64,000 nucleotides of DNA, from the NCBI GenBank assembly GCA_964291265.2, contig OZ219747.1, positions 736,001-800,000 of the forward strand, in the 5' to 3' direction. The stretch comes from Alphaproteobacteria bacterium (lineage in GTDB: Bacteria; Pseudomonadota; Alphaproteobacteria; SP197). Below, piece after piece: positions 1 through 10,000 of this stretch; within the stretch, counting starts at the first letter, position 1; each line of letters opens with the position of its first letter. The translations under genes and the position numbers were made by a program. Under the pieces are notes generated by a model, which saw only the letters and a list, made by a program, of their open reading frames with translations, was not told where the DNA came from and did not search any database.

Positions 1-1
1 C

Positions 2-787
2 ATGATCAGGGCCCTGGCCCGCGCCGGCGCTGCCTTCGCGCAAACCGGGTGGATCGCGATGGCACGACGCGCCTTCGATCATGTTTCGGGTGCCATGGCC
101 TCGGGGGACCGCCTTGGACACAGTGCGCGGGCCGGCGCCACCCTCGATGTCGCGATGATCGACGACTACAGCCACATGGCCGAGGCGGCGCTCGTTCTTC
201 ATGACGTGACCGGCGACATGGCCTGCCTTGAACGGGCCCGCACATGGGTCCGCGTGGCGGACCGCTTCTATCGCGACAGCGATGGCGGCGGCTATTTCTT
301 CACGGCAGACGATGCGGACGCCCTCATCGTGCGCACCAAGACGGCAATCGACAATGCCACGCCATCGGGCAACGGCACCATGGTCGGCGTCCTTGCCCGG
401 CTCTGGCACCTGACAGGAGAGGCGGAGTACCGGCAAAGGGCCGAAGAGACCGTGGCCGCCTTCGCCCGGGACCTGGCGAAGAATCCCGCCGGCCATGCGG
501 TCATGATTCTCAACCTCGATCTCCTGATGAGGGCGCTTGACGTCACCATCATCGGAACGCGGGGCGAGAAGGCAACGGATTCGCTCATTGCCGAGGTGTG
601 GAAGTCTGCACACGTGCATGTGGTGCTTCGTGTCATCACGCCCGGAGAGTCCCTGCCCGCCACCCACCCGGCCGCCGGCAAGGGCCCGGTCGATGGACGG
701 CCGACGGCCTACGTCTGCCGTGGCCAAACCTGCTCTCTGCCGGTGACCGAGGTTGAGAGTCTCGCACAACTACTCCATCAACCATGA
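2..787 (+). CDS. Thioredoxin-domain / YyaL (SSP411)-like protein, C-terminal part (5' end outside window)
   Basis: Motifs MIDDY, GGYFFT, DNATPSGN and AYVCRGQTCSLP are typical of the YyaL family. Confidence 0.85.
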   Translation: MIRALARAGAAFAQTGWIAMARRAFDHVSGAMASGDRLGHSARAGATLDVAMIDDYSHMAEAALVLHDVTGDMACLERARTWVRVADRFYRDSDGGGYFFTADDADALIVRTKTAIDNATPSGNGTMVGVLARLWHLTGEAEYRQRAEETVAAFARDLAKNPAGHAVMILNLDLLMRALDVTIIGTRGEKATDSLIAEVWKSAHVHVVLRVITPGESLPATHPAAGKGPVDGRPTAYVCRGQTCSLPVTEVESLAQLLHQP

Positions 788-815
788 CACAACATGCTGG
801 ATTCAGGGATTTTAC

Positions 816-2807
816 ATGACAGAGACACCGTTTCCCAGTGTATTCCGCCCGGTGACGCTGCGCGGGCATGAACTGAAGAACCGCATCGTTTTCGGCGCCC
901 ATACCGCCAACATGTCCGAAGATGGCCTGCCACGCGACAGGCACTTCGGATACTACCGGGAGCGCGCCCGGGGCGGGGCGGCGATGATCGTTGTCGAACC
1001 GTCGCCACCGCACCCGACCGCCATCCTCACCCGGGGCAACTTCCTTGCCGAGGACGTCATCATTCCGCATTTCCGCAAGGTGACCGATGCCTGCCACGAA
1101 CACGGCACCGTCATGTGCCACCAGATCTACCATGTCGGAGCCCACGGTGATCAGGACAATTCCTGGTCCGCCTACTGGTCCCCCTCGGGCCAGGTGAGTC
1201 ATCACGACCCCTGGGGCAGCCACGTGATGACGGATCAGGAGATCGAGGAACTTGTCGACGCCTTCGTCCGGCAGGCCGAGCGCGACCAGGCCTGCGGTTT
1301 CGATGGCGTCGATCTCTTCGCCGGCTACTCCTGCCTGATCGATCAGTTCTGGTCGCCCCTCACCAACCGCCGCGACGACCGCTGGGGCGGCAGCCTGGAG
1401 AACCGCCTGCGTTTCGTGACACGCATCGTCGAGGGCATCCGGCGAACCTGTGGAGAGGACTTCATCGTCGGCATGACCGTTTCGGGCGGCGAGCCCTATC
1501 CGGGCGGCCTGACCATGGCCGACAAGCAGGAGATCTTCGCGTGGCTCGATCAACGGGGTCTGTGCGACTACCTGTCCTGCGGGGCAGGAAGCTATCTCAA
1601 CCAGTTCTCGAAGATCGTGCCGAGCTTCCATTTCGCCACGCCCCTCGGCCCGGACGAGGCCGGAGAGATCAGGAGCGTTGTGACACACGCCCTGGTCACC
1701 GCCGAGGCGCGCGTGAAGACGCCGCAGCGCGCCGAGGAGGCGCTCGCCGCCGGCAAGTGCGATCTGGTCTCGATCGTCCGCGGCCAGATTGCCGACCCCC
1801 ACCTTGCCAACAAGGCCGCCAGCGGGCGGACGCAGGACATCCGTCCGTGCATCTCGTGCAACCAGCTGTGCATCGGCCGGCGCCTGCGCGACTACTGGAT
1901 CTCGTGCCTCGTCAATCCCTCGGTGGGACGCGAAACCCTGTGGGGTGGCGACACCGCGTCACCGGCGTCCAGCCCCCGCCACATCCTGATCGTCGGGGGC
2001 GGCCCGGCCGGTCTCGAGACGGCGAGGGTGGCGGCGATGCGCGGTCATCGCGTCACGCTTGTCGAGAAGGATGCCGAACTTGGCGGCCAGTTCCGCCTTG
2101 CGGCGGGTCAGCCTGAGAGGGGAGAGATCGGCGAGTTCCTGACCTGGTGCAGCCACCAGCTCGAGAAGCTCCAGGTGTGCGTCATTCTCAACACCGACAT
2201 GTCGGCCGAGGCCATCCGGGCGTTCGGGGCGGACGACGTGATCCTTGCGACAGGATCGGTCCCCACGCGAACGGGTTTCCAGCGCGCCTTTCCGCATGTC
2301 GAACGCCTGGAAGGGGTCGAGCAGGACAACGTCATGACGGTCCACGACATTCTTGAGGGCAAGGCGGTGCCGGGCGCCCGTGTTCTCCTGCTCGACGACA
2401 TCAACGGCTGGTGGCCCGCCTCCGGAACGGCTCTGCACCTCGCCCTGGCGCGCCACATGGTGACCGTGGTCACCGCGGCCGAGAAGGCAGCCGAGCAGCT
2501 CGACCTCTCGCGGACCGGAGACACCACCCGCGAGCGGTTCTGGAATCTCGGTGTCGAGGTCATCTGCGGTCATGCCCTGAGCGCATGGAGAGGCAGCACC
2601 GCCACGCTCATGAACCTCTACACCGGAGACACCGAGGAACGCGACTTCGACAGCCTTGTTCTCGCCACCACCAACACGGTGGAAGACAGCCTGCGCCGCG
2701 CACTGGCGGAGGACGATCTGCGGATTCACGACCTCGGCGATGCCGTCGCCGCCCGCACGGCCTCGATGGCCATCTTCGAGGCCCGCACCCTGGCCATGAA
2801 CCTGTAG
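816..2807 (+). CDS. NADH:flavin oxidoreductase (old yellow enzyme / trimethylamine-dehydrogenase-like, Fe-S cluster)
   Basis: LKNRIVFGAH, NRRDDRWGGSLENR, CISCNQLC, GGGPAGLE; ATG at 816 chosen over the ORF-track start. Confidence 0.9.
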   Translation: MTETPFPSVFRPVTLRGHELKNRIVFGAHTANMSEDGLPRDRHFGYYRERARGGAAMIVVEPSPPHPTAILTRGNFLAEDVIIPHFRKVTDACHEHGTVMCHQIYHVGAHGDQDNSWSAYWSPSGQVSHHDPWGSHVMTDQEIEELVDAFVRQAERDQACGFDGVDLFAGYSCLIDQFWSPLTNRRDDRWGGSLENRLRFVTRIVEGIRRTCGEDFIVGMTVSGGEPYPGGLTMADKQEIFAWLDQRGLCDYLSCGAGSYLNQFSKIVPSFHFATPLGPDEAGEIRSVVTHALVTAEARVKTPQRAEEALAAGKCDLVSIVRGQIADPHLANKAASGRTQDIRPCISCNQLCIGRRLRDYWISCLVNPSVGRETLWGGDTASPASSPRHILIVGGGPAGLETARVAAMRGHRVTLVEKDAELGGQFRLAAGQPERGEIGEFLTWCSHQLEKLQVCVILNTDMSAEAIRAFGADDVILATGSVPTRTGFQRAFPHVERLEGVEQDNVMTVHDILEGKAVPGARVLLLDDINGWWPASGTALHLALARHMVTVVTAAEKAAEQLDLSRTGDTTRERFWNLGVEVICGHALSAWRGSTATLMNLYTGDTEERDFDSLVLATTNTVEDSLRRALAEDDLRIHDLGDAVAARTASMAIFEARTLAMNL

Positions 2808-2914
2808 GTCTGCTTGCATCACCGATCTCTGAGTACCCTGTGACGACACCTGCCGCCGGAGACGGTCTTCCATGACGACCCTGCAAGCGGGGTCCGCTGA
2901 AGGCCGCCTGCGAC

Positions 2915-5261
2915 CTTTCAAAGGGTCGGACTTGTATAGGTGATTCGTTTCGTGCATGCTGCGTGCATGCAGGTTGGTCTCCGCCATTTCGATTCGCAGA
3001 CGCTTGACTGGTTTGCCGGCGCGTTGCGCTCCGCCGACGCCACCCGTCACGGTCTGGCACGCGAGCTTTGCGAGCGCACCGGCTGGCGCAACGCGCTCGG
3101 CCGTCCGTGCCTGTCGGCGGCGGCGAAGGTGCTGCCGGCGCTCGCCGAGCGCGTGGGGTTGGAGCTTCCGCCGCCGCGGAGCGTGCCCGATCCGACCGTC
3201 GTGCCCGCCGTCCCGGCCGGTGACGTCCCCGACACCAAGCTGGTCTGCCTGCTGGAGGATCTCGGCCCGGTCTCGCTCGAACCGGTGGGCGACGCCGACG
3301 ATCGCCGTCTCTGGGAGGCGATGATGGCGACGCACCACCCGCTGGGATGGACGCGCTCGCCCGGCGGCCAGGTGCGCTACTGGATCCGCTCGCAGCGCCA
3401 CGGCACCCTCGGCGGGATCGGCTTCGGGTCCGCGACCTGGCAGTTGCGGGCGCGGGATGAGTGGATCGCATGGTCCGCCGACGCCCGTGCCGCCAACATC
3501 GAGCGTGTGATCTGCGGTCATCGGTTTCTCCTGCTTCCCGGCGTTCGGGTCTACGGACTGGCCTCCCGGGTCCTGCGCATGGCGGCGGAGCGCATCGCCG
3601 ACGATTGGGAGGCCCGCTACGCGGTGCGCCCGGTGGCGGCCTACACTCATGTCGGTGCGGAGCACAGCGGCTATTGCTACCACTGCGCCGGCTGGACCGT
3701 GGCCGGGCGGACCAGCGGGCGCCGCGGCGAGGTTGGCACGGTGCGGGTCCTGGCCCTGGAGAGCAGCTGGCGGACGGTGCTCCACGGGACACAGCGCCGT
3801 CCACTCGGCGCCCTCGCGGGCGTCTATGACGGCACTGACGCGGACTGGGCGGAGCGGGAGTACGGACGCACGCGCCATACCGACGGTCGGGTGCGGCGAC
3901 GCATCGTTGACATGGGCCGGGCCTGGATGAAGAACATGGGGGAGGACCTGCCGATCATCTTTCCCGAGAAGGCGGAGCAGAAGGCCGCTTATCGGTTGCT
4001 GTTGAACCCGAGGGTATCCATGGAGCACGTTCTGGAAGCGCATGTTGAGGCGACCGTGGAGCGTTGTCGGACAGAGCCTCTTGTCCTGGCGATACAGGAC
4101 ACGACGGCGATCAACTACAGCGGCCTGGAGGCCACGAAGGGTCTGGACAAGCTCGGCGGCGGCGGCAAGGGGAGCGTCGGCATCCTCGCCCACGCCGGTC
4201 TGGCGGTGACGTCGGAGGGCCGGCCGCTGGGCCTGTTCACGATGGATGCGGCCTTTCGGCAGGAGCCTGGGGAGGACAGTCAGCGCTGGGTCACCGGGCT
4301 CGAGCGGGCCCGGGAGCTCGCGGCGGCCTGCCCGGACACGCGTGTCGTCTCGGTCTGCGACCGCGAGGGCGACTTCTGGGAACTGCTCGCCCATGCCGCG
4401 GACGCCGGGGCCGCGCTGCTGGTGCGTGCGAGCCGTTCGGCGAAACAGCGCGTGCGGACGCCCGACGGCAAAAAGAAGTGCCTGTGGAAGCATGTCGCGG
4501 CCCGGCCGCTGGTCGCGGTGACGGAGCTGACGATCCCGGCCGCTGGCGGCCCGCGCGCCCGCAAGGAGCGCGTCGCCCGTCTCGAGATCCGCACGGCACA
4601 GGTCGAGGTGGCGCCGCCGCAAAAAGAGCGCGACGCGGAGCCTGTGTCCATGTTCGCGGTCTCGGCCAGCGAGGCCGGAACCGGTGACGGCGACGAGGCC
4701 CTGCACTGGCTGCTGATGACCACCGAGCGCCCGGCACCAGGGGAGGCCGAGGCCGTGCACGCGGCGACCGTCCTGGGCTGGTACCGGACGCGATGGAGCA
4801 TCGAGACCTGGTTCCGCACGCTGAAGACCGGGACCCGGATCAAGGACCGCCGGCTCGACAGGGCCGACGACCTGAAGACGTGCCTTGCCTTCGACGCCGT
4901 CACCGCCGTCCATGTTGCCGACCTGACCGTGCTTGCGCGCGAGCGTCCCTTGACCCCGGCGAGCGAGGTGTTTGCCGAGGAGGACATCGACCTGCTCCGC
5001 ACGCTGCTGGAATCCCAGGGTCACCGGGAGGTCCGGGCGATGGGCGATGTCCGTGCCGTCGTCATCGGCCTTGGGCGCCTCGTCGGGTGGCATCCCACGC
5101 CGCGCCAGACGCTCCCGGGAGCGAAGAAGCTCTGGCAGGGTCTCGAAAGGCTGAACTGGGCGATCCAGGTGCGTGACGCACTTGGCGCAAGAAGGCGGCG
5201 CGAAGCACTCGGTGAGAGAAGGCGGGAGTAACATCCCTATACACGCGTGGGTGATTGAAAG
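2915..5261 (+). mobile_element. IS4-family insertion sequence (copy A)
   Basis: Imperfect TIRs CTTTCAA...TGTATA at both ends; 9-bp target duplication GCCTGCGAC at 2906-2914 and 5262-5270. Confidence 0.85.
2967..5231 (+). CDS. IS4-family DDE transposase with N-terminal DUF4338 (DruA-like) domain
   Basis: LAIQDTT, CDREGD and YRTRWSIE..RTLK (YREK) motifs; N-terminal ARDEWIAW, RFLLLP, LASRVL. Confidence 0.9.
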   Translation: MQVGLRHFDSQTLDWFAGALRSADATRHGLARELCERTGWRNALGRPCLSAAAKVLPALAERVGLELPPPRSVPDPTVVPAVPAGDVPDTKLVCLLEDLGPVSLEPVGDADDRRLWEAMMATHHPLGWTRSPGGQVRYWIRSQRHGTLGGIGFGSATWQLRARDEWIAWSADARAANIERVICGHRFLLLPGVRVYGLASRVLRMAAERIADDWEARYAVRPVAAYTHVGAEHSGYCYHCAGWTVAGRTSGRRGEVGTVRVLALESSWRTVLHGTQRRPLGALAGVYDGTDADWAEREYGRTRHTDGRVRRRIVDMGRAWMKNMGEDLPIIFPEKAEQKAAYRLLLNPRVSMEHVLEAHVEATVERCRTEPLVLAIQDTTAINYSGLEATKGLDKLGGGGKGSVGILAHAGLAVTSEGRPLGLFTMDAAFRQEPGEDSQRWVTGLERARELAAACPDTRVVSVCDREGDFWELLAHAADAGAALLVRASRSAKQRVRTPDGKKKCLWKHVAARPLVAVTELTIPAAGGPRARKERVARLEIRTAQVEVAPPQKERDAEPVSMFAVSASEAGTGDGDEALHWLLMTTERPAPGEAEAVHAATVLGWYRTRWSIETWFRTLKTGTRIKDRRLDRADDLKTCLAFDAVTAVHVADLTVLARERPLTPASEVFAEEDIDLLRTLLESQGHREVRAMGDVRAVVIGLGRLVGWHPTPRQTLPGAKKLWQGLERLNWAIQVRDALGARRRREALGERRRE

Positions 5262-5289
5262 GCCTGCGACCTCGCCAACCGGTCCGGAT

Positions 5290-6121
5290 GCGGACATCTC
5301 CGGCGAGGCGAGGTCGGCCGAGGTCCATCGCGGCAGGGACGCAAGCAGGCCGCCCTGCCTCGTCACCGAAGCCGTGCCGAGTGTCTTGAAGATGCGCCGG
5401 TAGAGTGCGATGTCGTGCGTGATCACGGGTTTCCCGAGCATGGCCCCGAGTTCGGGCGCCGGCCCCGCAGAACCTCCTCGTCACACCGTCCGATGCCCGC
5501 GGGCACTGGGCCGTGCCATGGGCGAGGCGGGCGCCAACGAGGGGCGCCTTGTCAGCCACGAAGGCCTTGGCTCGCTCGTCGAGGCGGATCACCTGGGCGT
5601 TGAGCTCCTCCTGGCTGGCGAACCAGCCCTGGTCGACGAAGTTGCCGGCCCACACGACATCGAAGCCCGCCTCGCGCAAGAAGCCCACGGTCCCCTGCCG
5701 CCAATCGGACCGGTGGCAGGCGGCATGGAGCACCACCTTCTCGACGTTGGCCGCGCACCCCGACATGTGGAACGCCGTCGCAGAGGCCTCGCTCAGCCGC
5801 TCGATCCAACGGCGGATGCCTTCGACCCCCAGGTTCGGGGCCTGAACCCAGTTCGAGCCGACCTGGGCGCAGATGTCGGCGCCGGCGCTCGCCGCGCACT
5901 CGACCTCCTCCTCCAGAAAGCGCGAAGTTCCGCAGGCGCCAGGTCGAGACGGTGTTCGTAGTCAGGTATGTGCAGCACGCGGCCATGGACTCCAACCGTG
6001 TCGGGCCTTGGCGAATGAAGTCCGTGGGCGGACAGGTGAAGACGATCTGGCGGGTATGGAGCTTGTTGCACGGGCTTCGTGTACCTTGGCAACCCCGTAC
6101 CTCCTTCACCCGATGAGCCAT
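5290..6121 (-). pseudogene. Degenerate maleate cis-trans isomerase / Asp-Glu racemase-like gene
   Basis: Fragments in different frames: VGFLREAGFDVVWAGNF and LGKPVITHDIALY; boundaries approximate. Confidence 0.5.
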
Positions 6122-6599
6122 ACGGATCCGGCGGGGCCCACGAGGAGCATGGCCGGCCGGCACCGGGCCGCCACCTCATGCGGTGTCCGCAGGCCGTTGC
6201 GCACCGGGCCGATTGACGCTGCAGGATGGTGACGATCAGTGACGGGTCGGGTGCAGCAGCGTGATTCGTGCTGTTCAGCCCGCTCCTTCCTGACACCATG
6301 GCGTCGGCATGTGCCATCTTGAAGAGACGAGGAAGAACGCCACGACATTCGCCAGAGGATGTGCCTCAGGACTGCTCGCCGCAGGAACCGGCCGTTCATT
6401 GTCGCGTCGCGCCTGACCAGGCGATGCTCCGCGATCACACATATGGACGAAACGCCCTTCAGCGGCGCCTCGACGATCACGACTTCCATTGTCAGAAGCA
6501 GCAGTGGGCCCGTCGCCCGAGGGACGATCCTCAGCAGACAAGAGCTTCTGTGTCCTGAGAGAGCTCGGCCGCCGGCACTGACTGAACTCGGACGGGATC

Positions 6600-6935
6600 C
6601 GTACTTCCGCAAGTCCCTCGGGTGACACGCTGTTCTCGACTTCGAGGAGACGTGTGGATGGTGCCATCGAGGAAGGTGGTGTCGGGAATTCCCTCGAGGC
6701 CGAAACGGGCGCCAGGCACAGCACCTGCAATGGCGCCGCTGGTATCGATATCACCACCCGCCTCGATCACCTGACACAGCTCCTGTTCGAAGTTCTCCCC
6801 CTGCCAACAGGAAATCAGCGGTGCCAGGAGAGACAACAGCGTGTACCCCATGTCGCAACCGTCAAATCCCGGGTCATCCAGGGCTGTGATCGACGCCTCG
6901 TCAACCGCCTCCACCACACTCGCCTCCACCACACT
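6600..6935 (-). pseudogene. ADP-ribosylglycohydrolase, C-terminal fragment
   Basis: MGYTL...VIEAGGDIDTSGAIAGAVPGARFGLEGIP matches the GGDxDT..AIAGA..GA..G...IP motif. Confidence 0.8.
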
Positions 6936-7042
6936 GTGTGTTGCGGCCCGCCTGCGGATGGGTTACGGATTGCACTGACGGGTTCGCTGCGGTCGTGCGG
7001 GCGCGGCGGCCCGGATTTCGTGACGAACGGGAGGGTGCGGTC

Positions 7043-10000
7043 ATGACGCGGACGCCAGGCGATGTCGGGGTGCATGACCTGCGGCTCTGCGGGCGGGGCG
7101 TGAGCACCTCACGCACGCGCGAACCCCAGAACTTCGTACCCCCCCCCCCCCTCAAGACTCCGGGCGCGGGGCTGAGCCGGTGGGCGCCTTCGGGAGACCC
7201 GCCCGCCGCCTGAAGGCGGGACTCGCCGCCCTCTTCCTCATTACGCTGGCCGCTGCCCTCGCGCCACAAGTCGCGCAGGCGCAAGTGACCGTTACCCTCA
7301 CCGCCACGCCGGGGCCGGGGCAGGTGACACTCACATGGACCACTTCTTCGCCGACGCCAGCCGGGTTCCTTGTTACAAGACTCTCTCATAGACCCGCCGG
7401 TGGAAGCTACCAGAGTAAGACACTGACTAGCGCGAACTCCGGCAGCTACACGCTGACCGGGTTGACACCTGGCACGTCCTACGACTTCTTTCTCAGCAAT
7501 AACTGGTCCGGTCATGGCCAGGTGGATTCGAATACAGTTTCCGCGACCCCGACGGCGGTCACGACGCTCGCCGCGCCGACGAGCCTGACGGCGACGCCCG
7601 GCGGCCCCGCGCAGGTGTTGCTGACGTGGACCAAGCCGACTGGCACGATCACCGGCTACAAGCTGCGCTACGCCAAGACGCCGTCAAAGGCCAGCGCCAC
7701 CTGGGGTACCATGACGGGTTCGGGCGCGAACACCGTGAGGCACATGGTGACGGGCCTGGACAATGGCAGCGAATACAGTTTCATGATCCGTGCGGTGAAC
7801 GCCTCCGGCGACGGCGCCGCCACGGACTGGGTGACGGCGACGCCTGCGAACAGCTGCCCTGGCGTGGGAGCACCGACGAACCTGAGCCTTGCGCCGCGTT
7901 CGGACGGGTTTGCCGTCACCTGGACGGCGCCGACCGATGTACTCCGCAACGGCTGGGAATTGTCTTACAAGAAGACCGGGGGCAGTTCGACCTCTGTCAC
8001 GATCTCGAATGCCGCCGCGACCAGCCACACGCTGACCGGCCTGGAGGCCGGCACCGAATACGAGATCGCTCTTCAAGCAACGCATCCTTTCAATCCCGAT
8101 CCTACTGCGTCATGTCCTCCAGGCTCCCGCGCAAAAGCCACCGGCACGACCACGGCCGCTGCCACCGCCGGGGTGACGATCTCGCCGACATCGCTGACGG
8201 TGGAAGAGGGGAGCAGCGAGACCTACACGGTGAAGCTGGACAAGGCGCCCTCGGCGAACGTGACGATCACGGTGGGCGGCGCATCGGGCGAGGTGACGGT
8301 GGCGGGTTCACCGTTGACCTTCACGCCAAGCAACTTCAGCACCGCGCAGACGATCACGGTGCGTGCCGCAGCCGACGACGACACGCTGGACGACACGGCG
8401 ACGCTGACGCACGCGGCGTCGAGCACCGACACGGACTACGGCGCCTCGCTCGACATCGACGATGTGGACGTGACGGTGACGGACACGACGCCGATCCTGC
8501 AGCTTCTGACCGACCCGGCGGCGGTGACCGAGGGGACGGCGATCAGCCTGACGGTGACCTCCGACAAGGCGCAGACGGGGGACCTGACGGTGAGCATGGT
8601 GCTGTCGGACCGTGGTTCGAGCGGTTTCGATGCGGACGACATTACCGGCACGCTGGGCCCGCGCGCCTTCATCGTGGCTTTTGGCAACACTGCCAGCACG
8701 ACGGGCACGGTGACCATCCCGACCAGCACCGATTCGACTGTGGAGGGCGCGGAGACCTACCGCATCACGCTGGAAGGCGGTGCCGGCACCTACAAGGTCG
8801 GCACCGATGCGACCGCCGACGGCACGCTGAACGACGGCACGACCGCTTCCGTTCCAGCCGCACCGGCGGGCCTGTCGGCGGAGGCGGGCAACGCGCAGGT
8901 GAAGCTGACGTGGACCGATCCGGACGACGATTCGATCACGCGGTATCGGGTGCAGCAGAGGAAGGGGACCGCCGCCTGGGGCAGTTGGACCGCGATTCCC
9001 GGTTCGGACGCCGACACGGTGAGCTACACGGTGACGGGTCTGACGAACGACAGCGAGTACCGCTTCCGCATCCGGGCGCGGAACAGCGGCGGCAACGGCG
9101 CCGCGTCGGCGGTGGTGGAGGCGACGCCGTCGGCGTCGGCGGCGGTTCCCAAGCCGGTGCTGAGCGCCGAAGCGGGTTACGCCAGGGTCACCCTGAGCTG
9201 GAGCGCGCTGTCGGGTGTGACGGTAGCGAGCTGGGGCTATCAGTACAAGCCCGCGGGCGGCAGCTGGATCAGGACCCGGACGGTCACGGGCGGCAGCACG
9301 ACGAGCACCACGGTGACGGGACTGACGATCGGCACGGAATACACGTTCCGGCTGTTTGCGGCAGTCAGTCCCGGGGTGCAGTCGGTGTGGTCGGACCAGG
9401 TGAAGGCGACGCCGACGAATACGGTTCCCAAGCCGGTTCTGACGGCGGCAGGGGGCGATGCCTCGGTCACCCTGAGCTGGAGCGCCTTGACGGGCATTCC
9501 GATCACGAGCTGGGGCTATCAGTACAAGAGCACGGGCGGCTGGAGCACGACCACGACGCTCACGGGCGCAAGCAGGACGAGCGTCCGGGTGACGGGTCTG
9601 ACGAAGGGCACGGACTACACGTTCCGCCTGTTCGCGGCGGTCCGTCCCGGGGAGCAGTCGGTGTGGTCGGATCAGGTGACGGCTAAGACCGATCCGGCGG
9701 CCCCGGTGCTGACGGCGGCGACTTCGACGACGAACGGGCAGATCGACCTGACCTGGACCCATGCCGGCGGCTCGAACGAGTTATCGGATGCGGACGACTA
9801 TGTGAAAGACGCGGCCAAGTTCCATTGGTGGAGAGCGCAGACCCGGCTGAAGGGGGCAAGCACCTGGACGGATCACAGTCTCAACCAGGCGAGTGCCAGA
9901 CAGAATCCGGGCTCTCGCAACAATCGGCTTCTGCTGAACTATCCTGACGGGGCATCGGTCGAGGTCCGGGTTCGGGCGACGGGCTATCGCATGGCGGGGG

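Noticed and set aside
1959-5441. 1160-aa minus-strand ORF
   Set aside because: Antisense shadow of the oxidoreductase and transposase in high-GC DNA; only the first residues belong to the isomerase relic.
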